Source of the DNA: Blastocystis sp. Blastoise
Lineage: Eukaryota > Protista > Bigyra: Opalinata
Direction: 5' to 3'
Assembly: GCA_039096225.1 (NCBI GenBank)
Contig: JBBPEB010000027.1
Coordinates: 496,001 to 560,000 of the forward strand
DNA length: 64,000 nucleotides
Shown here: one piece after another, positions 1 through 19,279 of the stretch
Position numbering within the stretch: the stretch's first letter is position 1
Layout: each line of letters starts with the position of its first letter
Program-made: the position numbers and the translations under genes
Notes under the pieces: generated by a model
The model's input: the letters and a program-made list of their open reading frames with translations, nothing else
What the model was told of the DNA's origin: nothing
Databases searched by the model: none

Positions 1-3818
<3,818 letters not shown>

Positions 3819-4266
3819 GTTAATCACTAATGAAATGAAACTAGCGAATCACAAATAGTATTTTATGCAAAACAAATATCCAAAATGTTTTTTATTTTTC
3901 ATGTTGTATATATATTTTTTTGGCAAAATGATTATTGAAGAAGTATCAACTACTCAGTCTCAATCAGATATAATAAATGAACTTTAAGAATTTTATAACA
4001 GTCATAAAAAGATCGAGTTATTTTTTATTCAATTTATGTTTGTAATTTGAATTATATAATGAGATATGCAACATAACTAAATATTTAGTATTAATAATAA
4101 AAATAAGAGAATCGTTATAATATAATTTATTTATTTGTTTATTTCCAGTTTCACTCTATAAAAAAAGTAATTTCCATGAAAAACGAAGGTGATTCATCTG
4201 ATTTTTGTTCGTTTTAAAGCATAAAAAAACATTCTATAAACTAATTAAATACTTAAAAAGCTTGTT

Positions 4267-5877
<1,611 letters not shown>

Positions 5878-6660
5878 ATATTAATAAACAATGTTTTTTA
5901 TATATATAGTTGAACTGATTCTATACATATACATATATAATATGCTTGAGTTTTATATACTATTTACAAATAAAGAATATTGATATATTTTTCATCTATT
6001 TTTTCTTCGGTTTTTTCGTGTATATTTTAATTATTTTATTTTTTTGGTATTATTCTTATTAAAATAATATCATCTCGTTTCTTTTCTTTTGAATGGTATT
6101 GACTATATATAAGGAATATATATATATATATATATATATTTTTTATTCTTTTAAATGTTTTATTATATTTAGAAGTTGTATTGTTTTCAGTAATTCTTCC
6201 ATTCATTCTTATTATTACTGTGACTTAAACAGACCTTTTTAGTGTTAATTACCTAGATAATAATACATTTACAAATGTAATATCTATATTATTATTAAAA
6301 AATGATAATATATCACTTATATAAATTAGTTATACATAAAGAGTAGAATAGATATTGAACAATACATAGTCTTAAATGATGTATATACTTAATTGAATGA
6401 TATATATAGTCAAATAATCTTTATAACAACAAAAACCAAAACATAAAAATTGTATTATAATATTTAAATATATATCAAATCAACCAAGAAATACAAGTTA
6501 ATAAAGAATAAAAAAATAATAAGAGCTATTAAAATAATTAATAGAAATGAATAATGATATTTTTTAAAAAAGCAATAAATACATAAATATATATATATAT
6601 TATGTATAATATATATAGATAACAATAAGTAAAAAATAGAAAGATAATTATATCGTTTAT

Positions 6661-6862
6661 TTATGTTCTTTTCGTGTAATAGAGTATAGAGTCCAAGAAT
6701 TGAGATATCTATATATATATAAGATAATAGGAATGTAAAAGAAATCAACTGATATATATTAATATTTACAAAAATAGAATGAAATAAGAGTATTAAAAAT
6801 AAATTTTAAATAATATATATTATATATAATATTAAAAAAAGTAAAATAATTATAATTATAAT

Positions 6863-6898
<36 letters not shown>

Positions 6899-7862
6899 TA
6901 TAATATATATATATATATATATACAGCAACAACTCCTCCAATAACAGCACAAACACGTACCATAAAGTGTGTAAATGCCATTCTTCTTACTGTAACTACA
7001 TGTAAGAACGGTGAAATATCATACATAAAGAAGATGCCAGGAAGTGCTGTGATTTGACCAAATGCATTTACTGTTACAGAACGAGCAACATCATTGGCAG
7101 AATACTAGAATACAAAAACATAATCATGAATATATGAATATAATAATTGAATATTTAAATTTTAATAGAGTTTAATAAATAAATAATTAATAGTATTATT
7201 ATATAAACTAAGAAATTAACTATAGATATATATACTTGATTAGTAATAAATTGCTCTTTTTCACCAATATACTGAGTTGGTACAACGTGTATATAATAAC
7301 TTTGTGAATATACTATATATATATAGGATTATTATTATTTATATAGAGTATTTAATAATAATTATAGTCTAAAATATATTAAAAAAACTATAAATAAACT
7401 AATAATAATAATAATAATATATATATATACATTTATCAGCAATGAATGTTTTTCCATTAAGTGGATTCACAATATCAGGCATATATTGACCAAAGGATAA
7501 ACTATATAATAATATATATATATATAACATACAGATATTATTATTATTATATATTATATTATTATTATTATTATTATTATTAATATTATTAATATTATTA
7601 ATATTATTATTATTATATATATATATACTTTTCAATATGATGACTAACATTATATCTATGTATATCGGTAGGTCCAAAACTATGCACGTGACGAGTATTT
7701 TTATTTTCAGCGTGACCTACAGCGATATGGAAATTACCGGCTACTTTATTTACACTTAATTGACCCCAACTATATATATACATTTATATTATATTATTAT
7801 TATTATTATTATTAATATTAATATTAATAGAAGTTAAGAATCATATTCAAACAAACAAAAAA

Positions 7863-7917
<55 letters not shown>

Positions 7918-7942
7918 GTCATGCATCCATGTGTACGTTGAA

Positions 7943-8016
<74 letters not shown>

Positions 8017-8420
8017 GTATTACTATTCATATTAGTAGTATTAATATCTGTTTCTATTCCTAGTTTTCTTCTCTCTTCTTTACATTGAAGAGCATTATGA
8101 TCCACAAAATCAACTTTCCAACCACGCTTTATATAAGCTTCTTTTACATCTCCACAGGTATTACAACACTATATATATATATATATATATAACTTTATAT
8201 TATATATATATATATAACTTTATATCATATATATATATATAACTTTATATCATATATATATATATAACTTTATATCATATAAAAACAATCTATTATTCTA
8301 TAAATACAAATATATATATTTTTATTATTATAGAAAAATAAATATAATGAAAATATATATATATAATTATATTTTATGAACAAAAACCAATAGATAATGA
8401 ATAAAAATTATTATTATTAA

Positions 8421-8454
<34 letters not shown>

Positions 8455-8580
8455 ATATATATATATACTTCTCCTTCCTTTCCTGCTCCATAACAAGATC
8501 CGCATTCATTATTCACGGTTATATCATCTTCTCCCTATATATATATATATATATATTGTATTAGATATTCTTTAAAAATA

Positions 8581-8621
<41 letters not shown>

Positions 8622-9351
8622 TGTATTAGATATTCTTTTAAAAAATAATAATACTATATATATATACATTATTAGAGAAGAATAATACGGAAGAGTCTTT
8701 AAAAGGAATACCATGTTCATCTAGATTCACTTTAATAATACGAGAAGTAACACCCATCTGTTGTTGACCACTTATATCCATCACATCTAAATCAACTTCT
8801 ATATATATATATATATATATATACTATAAAGAATAATAAAAAATGAATAAAAAATAAATTTTCATAAATTGAATGAACAACTAATTATTTTTTTTTTAAA
8901 CTAATAATAATAATCACGAATAAAATTTAAATAAGAAAAAAATAAATTAATAAAATACGGTCACAAGGCATTTCATAAAAACTAATATTAAAACTGATTG
9001 TCATTTTATCATTAGACAAACGATCCACAGTCAAACGATCTTGTCTTTCAATATTCATATAACTCATAACTTCAAAATATAATAATATGACCATTAAACA
9101 AATGGATACAATAGATACTATAGAAAACAAGTTATAAAATAGTATTTCCGAATATATTCATTTATACTGATGGTATAGAACTATAAAGAAAACATACCAA
9201 AACCACCACCTTGAGTTTGGACTTTATAATCATCATCAATTTTTGCGTAGACATCAAGTTTCTTAATTCTCCTAGAAAATGACTCAGTTACTACTGGTTT
9301 TTCTTCCTCTTGAACTTTTCTTCTTTGTCTTAATTCTGTAGACCCTTCCAT
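6661..9351 (-). CDS. ERGIC3: ERGIC3/Erv46-family ER-Golgi intermediate compartment protein, multi-exon
   Basis: KKLDVYAKIDDDYKVQTQGGG, MPCD, CGSCYGA..CCNTC.DVKEAY..RGW, VNKVAGNFHIA, NVSHHI..LSFG, LPGIFFMYDISP, RVCAVIGGV; GT-AG junctions keep frame. Confidence 0.9.
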
Positions 9352-9906
9352 TTCCTTTAGAGAAAGATTCAATAACCGAACGAATAACTATATAAATCAT
9401 AAGGTTTATAAAATAATTCACAAATTAATATATAACTATCTTACATAAACGTAATGTGAAAATGAAACAAATGTTTGAATATTTCTTCCAGGAAAGGCTT
9501 TGTTGAATTTTCATGATTATTCAAGTTATTTAACCCAGTTTTTGAGATTAGATCTTCAAAAACTTTTTTGAAACATTTTATATCAAAACTAAATTAAAAT
9601 GGAACTAAACAAGTTGAAAATTAAATATTCATATCTTTCTGAATCTGTATAAATAGACATAGCTCACGTAATATAAATTCTAGGTGATCAGAACAAATGT
9701 TATGATTTTTTGTTTTTTTTTAATATATTATAAATATATAAATGTATATATCATATATTTTCACATAAGATTTAGCAATCGAATAATGAAAGTAAAAAAA
9801 TATATATATAAAGCAGATTGGTTGTTTTTATGGTTTGAAAGAATTATTTAAAGAATATTTATCATCTATAAGAGTTGTAACCAAATAAGGATTGTAAACT
9901 GCTATT

Positions 9907-10435
9907 TTATAAATGTTCGTTTACTAAAGTAGTGCTAATAGTATTTAATGTGCTTTGGATTTTTGTGATACTAGTTATTTTATGTTCTAATTGTTCTGAA
10001 AGAGCTTCGTTCTTCTTTGATAAATCTTCTATCAACTCAAGTTGAGCCTTTTCCGAAAGTTTAATTTCATCTAAGTGTTTGATGATTTTCGCTATTTTTG
10101 TAGCTGTATCAATAATATCTTTTGAGAATTGTTCAGTCTATGGAAATATAATTTCAAATATATACAGAATGAAACCAATTTATGATAAAAATTAATTCAT
10201 ATATAATTTATAGAACAGATTAGGAAATCATAGTAAATCGAATAATACAAAAAAAAAAAAGGTAAATAAATGAAACACTTACAATTTGGATATTGTCGTT
10301 GTTGTTGATAGTGATTCCGATTTTGGTTTGTTGTTTGATTTGGTTGATATATCCGAAACTGTTGTCTAATCGAATAGTTAGTTGTTGGATCATCAGTTGT
10401 AATTGTGTGATAGAATAGTTTTCTTCTTCTTCCAT
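9907..10435 (-). CDS. MED21: Mediator subunit 21 (Srb7), 2 exons (10435-10283, 10137-9907), 127 aa
   Basis: SITQLQLMIQQLTIRLDNSFGYIN...|TEQFSKDIIDTATKIAKIIKHL...SEKAQLELIEDLSKKN follows the MED21 pattern (LTQLQD.VN.L...; FA..I...AK.ID.LI.SL; E.Q...L..L..EN). Confidence 0.8.
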
Positions 10436-12169
10436 CTTTATTATTATTTTATATAGAATAAATTTAAAAAAAAAAATAATTAAAAATAATAATAATATAA
10501 GGAATAGAAATAGATAAAATAAAGAAAAAGAAATTTAAAAAAAGAATAAGAAATAAGAAATTTCAGTGAAAAAGAATAAGAAATAAGAAATTTCAGTGAA
10601 AAAGAAATAAGAAAAATGAGTGAATAAATTGAAAGAAAGTATAAAAAGATGTAAATTCAATGAATTGTATATGAATATTAAATATATATATAATATTAAT
10701 AATATTATTATTGTTAAGAATGATAAATAATAGAATAAGAATAAAATTAAATGAATTAAAAACAAATAACTTTTAATTATAAAAAATAAATAAATAAAAA
10801 TATTTTAAATAGAATAAATAATAAATAATAGAAAAAGAAAGAAGACTGAATTTATCAAAGACTAAAAGAATCAAATAATAATAGATTAGAATAATTAATA
10901 AAGTATTATATAATAATTTAAACTATAAATAGAATCATAATAAATAAAAAGAATAGCTTAAAAAGAATAATTAGTTGTTGAAAACAATGAAAAAGAAGAT
11001 TATAAGTAATAAAAACATATAAAGATAAGTTAAATATGTGAATGATATGTAAAATAGAATAAAATAAGAATAAAAATAGAAAAATGAGATGAAGAATAGA
11101 AAAAGATAAAGAAATAAATAAAAAATTGAAGAAAAATTCGTCTTAATTAATTTAATTCTTTATTCGTCTTAATTGATTTAAATAAGTGTTTAATTGAGTT
11201 TATTATCATGAATATACATTATTAATAACTTTTAAAATATGAAATAGTATGTTTTCATTTGTTTATTAGTTTAAAAATGAATAAAAATAGATAAATAATG
11301 TATAAATTTGTTATATAAATAGTTAAATAATACAATAATAGGATAATAATATTGATAAGACTAGATTTAAAAATTGTAAGTGTTTGAAAAGAGTTTTATA
11401 TGAATATAAAAATAATATATAAATGAATATAAGATGATAATAAGTTAAATAAATATGAATTTATATGATATTATTAGAATAAAAAAGAATAATAATATAA
11501 AAAGATAGATATAAATAGATAATAAATGATTATTTGAATTATAAATAGTATAATATTTTAATTAATTTAAAAATTAAAAAAATATATATATAAATAATAA
11601 TAAGATAATTGATTTGAAAAAGAAAAGATAAAAGATAAATGAATATTGAATAGAGATGATAGAATGAGAATGATGATGATGATATGATAATAAGAATAAT
11701 AGATATTCAATAATCTTCCATAGCTCAGCTGGTTAGAGCATCCGGCTGTTAACCGGGAGGTCGACGGTTCAATCCCGTCTGGGAGAGTATTTTATTTTAT
11801 TTCATTCAATCTTACTTTTTATATATATATACATATATTTTTATTAATTAAAACATCAAAAATGTTATTTATTATTCTTTTTTATTCTATATATATATTA
11901 TTTATTATTATTATATATAATTTATTTTATTTATCTATTCTTATTTTTCATATATAAAACTAAATCAATTATATATCTTATTATTTCTATATTTATTCTC
12001 TTATCTACATATCAATTTAATCAAAATATCATCATATCTTTTTATAATATCATTTATTATTATTATTATTCTAGTCAATTTCTTCTTTTTATTAACATTT
12101 ATTTATTTTATTATCATCATTCTTATATCAAAATTTTTTATTTATTCTATTATAGAATTAATTTATAAC
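10219..12169. repeat. Copy A of a ~1.95-kb inverted segmental duplication (part of MED21 intron, MED21 exon 1, AT-rich spacer, tRNA-Asn, downstream flank)
   Basis: Reverse complement aligns by eye to 27295..~32036 once the transposon is removed. The copies differ by substitutions and small indels. Confidence 0.9.
11714..11787 (+). tRNA. tRNA-Asn (anticodon GTT), intronless
   Basis: Acceptor TCTTCCA/TGGGAGA+G; D arm GCTC..GAGC; anticodon arm TCCGG-CTGTTAA-CCGGG; T arm GACGG-TTCAATC-CCGTC; T-run Pol III terminator from 11790. Confidence 0.97.
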
Positions 12170-12474
12170 AATAAAACAAAATAAACTTTTAAATAATGCT
12201 CAGAAACTAAAATTACAAAAAAACTTTAAAAAAACTAATTATGTATATAAATAAGCAACTTAAACAATAATACCTTCAAAAATAAACACATAATTATCAT
12301 AAAAATAATATTTCTAAAATTGTGTTGCAAGTGAATGAAAAAATATAAATATTATTATGACTCCATTTTGATGGTTTTAAACTAATTGATTGGATAAATA
12401 TATATAATCATTCATATATACTAAGATGTCAAAAATATCTAATAGTGTATATTGATGAATGTATATATAGACAT

Positions 12475-14716
12475 TTATTCTAGATTTTTAGTATAAAGAG
12501 GACCTTTATAATCTTTTAATCTCTCAACAATCTCATCAGCCGAGGGACGTAGTTTGGGATCAAAACTTAAACAATCTGAAAACAAATTATATAATACTAT
12601 ATATAAAAGAGAAATAATATATTATTTTTAAAAGAAATATATATATATATATATATATACTTGGGTTGAGATATGGATCAATGGGTAATGTATATGAATC
12701 ATTCAACTTTTTCGTTTGACACTATAGAATAATAATAATAATAATATCTCAGATAATAATAATAATAATAATAAATGATGATAATAATAATATATACTTC
12801 ATCTATGAAAGATGAAATTGCTATATCTTTTCCTGTCATAATAAAATAACCAACTAATGCTAATTCATATATATCACACTTATTTGTAACTACCTTTTTT
12901 ACATCAAACATTTCAGGAGCAGCACTATATATATATATATATATATATATGATTATAAATTTATGTAATGAATATCAATGATAGACGAATTAATCATTAT
13001 ATATGTGAATACCAATAATAATAGGATATAATGAATTATTATATATATACTATATAGCTGTTCCACATCTAGTAATATCTTCATTTGTGTTAGGATCTAA
13101 AAGACGTACGAAATGAAATCCACCTAATAGAGGATTATCGCGTTTATCCATAAATACATTTGTAGGCTATATATAATACTAAATAGAATACTATATTATA
13201 AAATACATTATTAAATATATTATAAAATACATTATTAAATATATTATAAAATACATTATTAAATAGAATATAAAAAATATTATTAAATATAATATTAAAT
13301 ATAATATTAAATATAATATTAAATAGAACATATAAAAATGCTTATAGATATAGAAATATACTTTTATATCTCTATGTATAATATTTCTCTTATGTAAGGC
13401 ATCAACTGCTTTAGCTAACTTCTTAAATATCTGACAAAATAAACTCGTATATTTTTCTAATTGTTGACTATATAATAATAATAATAATAATATAATAATA
13501 TAGTCATTATATAATAAATACTCTCTATTTTTTATAAATGTAATCAAATCTCCCTGAAAAGAAAACTTTGTAACTAACAGTGTTTTCTTATCTGTATTCA
13601 CAATTCCAAAAATCTATATATATATATATATATATAATACATAATCTATATTTATTATATATAATATATATATATATAATATATATATATAATATATATA
13701 TTATATATATATACTTTAATAATATAGGGGTGATTGATTTGCTGTAAAATAGATATAGTTTCTTCTGCATAGTCCAGATTCGTCTTTGAAAATCCATGGT
13801 ATAACTCACTTACCATCACTTTATTATTCTTATAAGTAAATATTTTATCTTCACCGAAAAAATCTTTATAGTTATTATCGGGTTTTGTTAAATCACTTTC
13901 GTTTATATAAAGGTCTATAATAATAGAATAAGTTAAATAAAAATACTATATTAAAAACAATATATTACAACTAATTATAATTATCTATATATATATATAT
14001 ACAAGAATAAGATTTATTATCCAAGGGTTCTGTTTTTATAACAACATTTGTATTGATATCATTATTCTTACATCTATAGAATAGTATAGTATATAATTAT
14101 TATAAATTAATATATACATGTAAATATTCTTTTTCCGTATAAGATTAATTAAATTTAAAACAAATTTTGAAATACTGTCTGTCTATATATATATATATAC
14201 ATAAGAATTACTTTATACATAATATTGTTAATGATTATATAAAAATCTATAAATATATATAACAATACATACAGAAGAATAGGTACACATAATATCAGGA
14301 GTTACATAACCATCTTTATTGATCCACTTCACTTGGGAGTCAAATTAGTAATAGATACTGTCTTTTATGAAATGAACAATTGGGACAGTTACCGGGAAGG
14401 AATCTTGCAACATGATGAACCTAACGATATATTTGACTGGATCCAAATCTTTTATAGGAATCTCTATCGTTAAGAGAACCATAGTTTCTATTGATTTACC
14501 TATACTATAGAGTCAATTAAGAAAACTGAACATACATTTTTCAACGTTGACAACTTTAAATAAGTTTTCGTCAACACCATCACTGAGTTGCTTAGTTAAG
14601 TGATACTTCTAAAGAAATTAATTAAAAAAAAAGTAGAACAATGCAAGTTAATTATAAGAAAAACAACCTAATATATCTATGGCCATTGCGTATATACTTT
14701 CGTAAAACTCTTCCAT
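12475..14716 (-). CDS. Multi-exon protein: N-terminal UEV/UBC-like region fused to a probable pseudokinase domain
   Basis: Kinase part: INHPYIIK, LHKRNIIHRDIK|PTNVFMD, GTAIYAAPE, DCLSFDPKLRPSADEI. VAIK reads VMVS and DFG reads GFH. The N-terminal LLTIEIP...LQDSFPVTVPIVHF...INKDGYV resembles the TSG101 UEV. The first junction is unresolved. Confidence 0.7.
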
Positions 14717-16233
14717 TACACTTTTAAAATTCAGAAAGTTATTTTAAAATTGATTTATGTGATTTATCAGTATTTCTGCCGCTCAAATTACTAGGATTAA
14801 TAAACTTGATATTCATCTGACGAAATACGATTTTTTTTTTACGAGAAAATGCATTTTCATAAGGCAAAAATGAAAATATTCACAAATCGAAACTGTCATC
14901 AATTGATTTTTCTTTTTAACACAACTCCGTTTAGAAGAACAACTGAAGCCTTTCAGAAAAGAACTTCCTGTGTTATACAGTCAAAACGAACTCTCTAACC
15001 TGATGAGGAATGATTTCAGCTATGTAATTCTTGTATTTGGTTTTATTGATATGCCATACACATAGAAGATAATAGAAAACGATAACTATAAAGATTATAA
15101 CAATCATGGGAACACTAATAATTCTAGTATTTGTTACAGTTTTTTTATATAATTATGGTGGACTAGTTTTTTAAACAGGTTACGCTTCATGTCAGTAGTT
15201 TTTCACTAGATCAATAATACTTGAAAGATGGAAAAAACTAGAATCACATTCCAGTTTTTCAAATCTAATAATATAGTATTTGAGAATACATTTAGAATAA
15301 AAAGAATGCATATTTGTTGCTTTATATATTGAAATAAAAGTAAAAATGAAAATGAAACAAAATAATTTAATTCCCACGGAAATTTTGCTTTATGAGCTTA
15401 CAAAATAATAATTTTTATGAATAATATATATGCTTTTAAATGTTTTATTTTATGATAGTTAACATGTTTTATTATTTAATTAGTCATGCTCACATAAATT
15501 GATGAAATATTGATTATATCAAAACTAATTATTTGCACGAATTCATTGTTGAAGCGCTTTGTCATCTAATTTGTATATAGAAATTCATAATTATATTATG
15601 AAGCAATATTCAAAGGAATGATCGCCAATTCAAAAGTATGAAAATAATGTAATATATGCTATAAATTATAGAAATTTGATACACTTGTTTATAGTAGCAT
15701 GCTTTTTCACAAGTTTATGAAATTAGCAGATTCCCTACACACTTATTAAGTCAAAATATTATTAGTATTGTCAGCTAAAACAATGATATGATCAACAGCT
15801 AAAAAATATCTTGATGATTTTTATGTGTATGTTTCCAAAGAGCCTGAAATTTCAGACAGGAAGTATTAATCAATCATTTAACAAATTAGATTTCTAAAGA
15901 TTAATTCATTATTAAGAATAATAGTTAGGAATCAGTTAGGAATCCTATTTAATCCCTGCCATTTTTTTTTGATAACAACAAAAACCAAAAATATAGATAT
16001 AAATGCAAAACTAGTTACATTTTTTCACTTTCTAATAATCAAATGTTCGTATTATAATTGGTTAAAACGTGATATTTCAAAATGAGTATATAAAAATTGA
16101 AATATCCTATCCTAATTGAATCCTTTATGAAAAAACGGATAAAGTGAAGAATTGGTTTTTGTGAGATTTTGTTGTCGAAACAAAGTGGCGAAACACAATG
16201 AATATTCTTTTTTGATATTTCAAACAGCTATCT

Positions 16234-17217
16234 ATGACAAATTGCAATTGTTGTAAACGAAAATATAAACGTTCAGAGTTATCAACGTATGGATTGTGAA
16301 TGATCAACTAATTTTCTATTAGAGATGTGTATTACACTGATTTGAGTATTCCATCATGGCTTGGTATAAAGGTAATTATGAGTTAAACAGCAACTAAATT
16401 CAATTAGACAAATAAGTTGTCGTTGCATTTAAAGTTATTCAAAAGTTTGTATGTTTTGGATCTATTTGTATTATTTTTCATTTATTATAAATACATTGTG
16501 TGTGTCGATAATAATTCTATATATAGATATGGAAATAATGAAATCTCCTCTGAAAAAATATTGAATCAGTTTAATCATGTTGTACATATTTAAATTAATT
16601 GATAGTTATAATTCATCCAGGATATTTCAAATATTATACCTCAAGTTATTGAGATCTGTATTGACCCAATGTGTCCAAATCGTGTATGAAAACATATCTG
16701 TTGTTGTATATAGAAACATATTTATAGGATATTTTATTGACATTTTTCTTAATTCAATTGAGAAATGATGTTTTTCTCTGTTTGCAATGTCTGTGGTATA
16801 TTCATGTATATCTATTTCTATCTTTAAATGAGATAATGAATTATATATATATATATATTTATAGGGTTTTTGGTCAATAGAGAAACAAGATCAATTTCAA
16901 TGGTTTGAAAAGAGAATCAACCAAATGGGTATATAAATAGTATTCTTATAATTATTATTTTTATTAATGTAAGATATTATTATTTGCTATTATTATTCTT
17001 ATCTATTATTGATTATTATATTTTTTTAATTATGTTTATTATTATATTTATTTTATTATTATACTTAATATTTTTTTTTTATTTGTTATAATAATAATAA
17101 TAATAATATATATATATATAGCTCTTATTGCAGAAACTCCTTTCGGTCCTCCTTCTCCCGATACTTTAGTATATATATATATGTATATATATGTTAGGAA
17201 TCATAAGAAATTGTAGT

Positions 17218-17309
<92 letters not shown>

Positions 17310-19197
17310 TAATATATATATAGAATACTGGAATAGGAATGACATTATCATCGTTATCATTAATTAATATATCCTTAAAATTATTTTATAATATATATAT
17401 ATATATAAACCTTAATAAGTATACACGCTATGCCACATAAGTGGATATGTGCACACAATTCCCGCGGGAGAACGACTACATTATATTCAAGAGCAAGTTA
17501 AGACTATAAATAATACTTTATTAGCAAATAATGATATTATTTTACCTTTTGAAGGCGGTTTGAAAATTGAAAGTATAATAATAGATGAATGTTTAGTTTA
17601 TAATACAAAAGAGAGATCCCCGTGTTTATTTGTCTTTGAAGTGAATCATATTTATCAAAAACAACAAAAACTGTTAACAGCAGTATATATATTATTATGT
17701 ATATTCATTTTCAATATAGAAACAATTATGGACAACATTCCAAACGTATATTTATATTCAATATTATATATATTATTCAATATTATATATATTATTCAGT
17801 ATTATATATATTATTCAATATTATATATATAGACAGAGTGTACGTCAAGTTCGCCGAATAATCGCGGGAAATAACGAAAATAATGAAATTGATAAAGGGT
17901 ATACAGTTATAAGTATTTATATATATAATTAAACTTTTAGTGTATTTGAATTTCTGCAAGATTCTTATAACGACAGGTATTTATGATATAAAATGGCTTA
18001 TTTTATATATATATATATAGAAATGATATTTCTATATCACCTGGTATGAAAAGTAGTTTATTACAAACAATACTCTATTATTATAATTATTATATAGATA
18101 TAAATGATGATGATGATGAAGAAGAAGAAGAAATAAAGACATCAAGGTATATGACACTATATATACATATATATATATATAGAAATAAAACAATAGCTTT
18201 ATTTTCTGAACCCTGGACTGTGAAAGAACAAAAATATAGAGAAAATATTAAAAAAGGTATATATATATATATATATGTTGGAACTAAAGAATATATAGAA
18301 CAAGATACACATTGGGGTCTTTTCCCCGCGATTATTAAGTGTAATGATGACATGCGACAAGAGGAAATGATTTCAAGATTATTTGCTCAAGTATATATAT
18401 ATATATAAAGTAATAAACAGGAATTTGACAATAATAGATATTGTTGAATATATATAATAATAACTCTATTAGTAAATATATATATAACAAATATATATCT
18501 AGATTAAAACATATATGTCAGGAACACTATGGGAGGGATATATAGTACCTTATCAGATCCGTTGTACGGGTGCCTCACGTGGAATCGTGGAAGTGGCACG
18601 TGACACGTTAAGTATAGATACTATTAATAGGATGATGAGGAGAGAAGGAAAACGAGGGATTTATGTATATATATATTTATATCAATTAAAAATATTAATA
18701 TTATTTTCCTAGCTTTTATATAATCCATTTTTAGAATATATAATAATAAATTAATGAAAAACTTTTAGAGATAATATGTATATATTTATGTATAGGATTT
18801 TTTCAGATGCTATTTGTTCACATGCAAGAAACGTACGAAGTTTGTACGAAATAATTTTATTCGTTCGTTATCATGTTATTGTATCTTATGTTATGTGTTT
18901 CAAATCAAAGATAGACATAACGGAAATGTATATATATATATGTTATTATATATATTATTATATATATATTATTTCATATATATAATTATATTTCTCCTCT
19001 CTCTCTATATATATATATAGATATTAATTGATGTTAATGGTCATATTGTTCATATCGATTTTGGATTTATTCTCAATAATGTATCCTTTATATATATATA
19101 TAATCATTTATATATAAATATATATGTTTCTTAATTGTAAATTCCCCTGGAAATATCCGTTTTGAAAGATCTCCATTCAAATTGACACACGAAATGG

Positions 19198-19279
<82 letters not shown>

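Noticed and set aside
14866-15198. Possible small spliced + strand gene (QLRLEEQLKPFRKELPVLYSQNEL...)
   Set aside because: Two plausible GT-AG introns, but no in-frame start found and no recognisable homology
15923-15944. AGTTAGGAATC doublet as telomere-like repeat
   Set aside because: Only two copies, in intergenic DNA; consistent with a local tandem duplication
18257-18280. Apparent GT-TG intron in PI4K
   Set aside because: The downstream canonical AG (18298) gives the expected W-to-W spacing of the PI4K-beta motif
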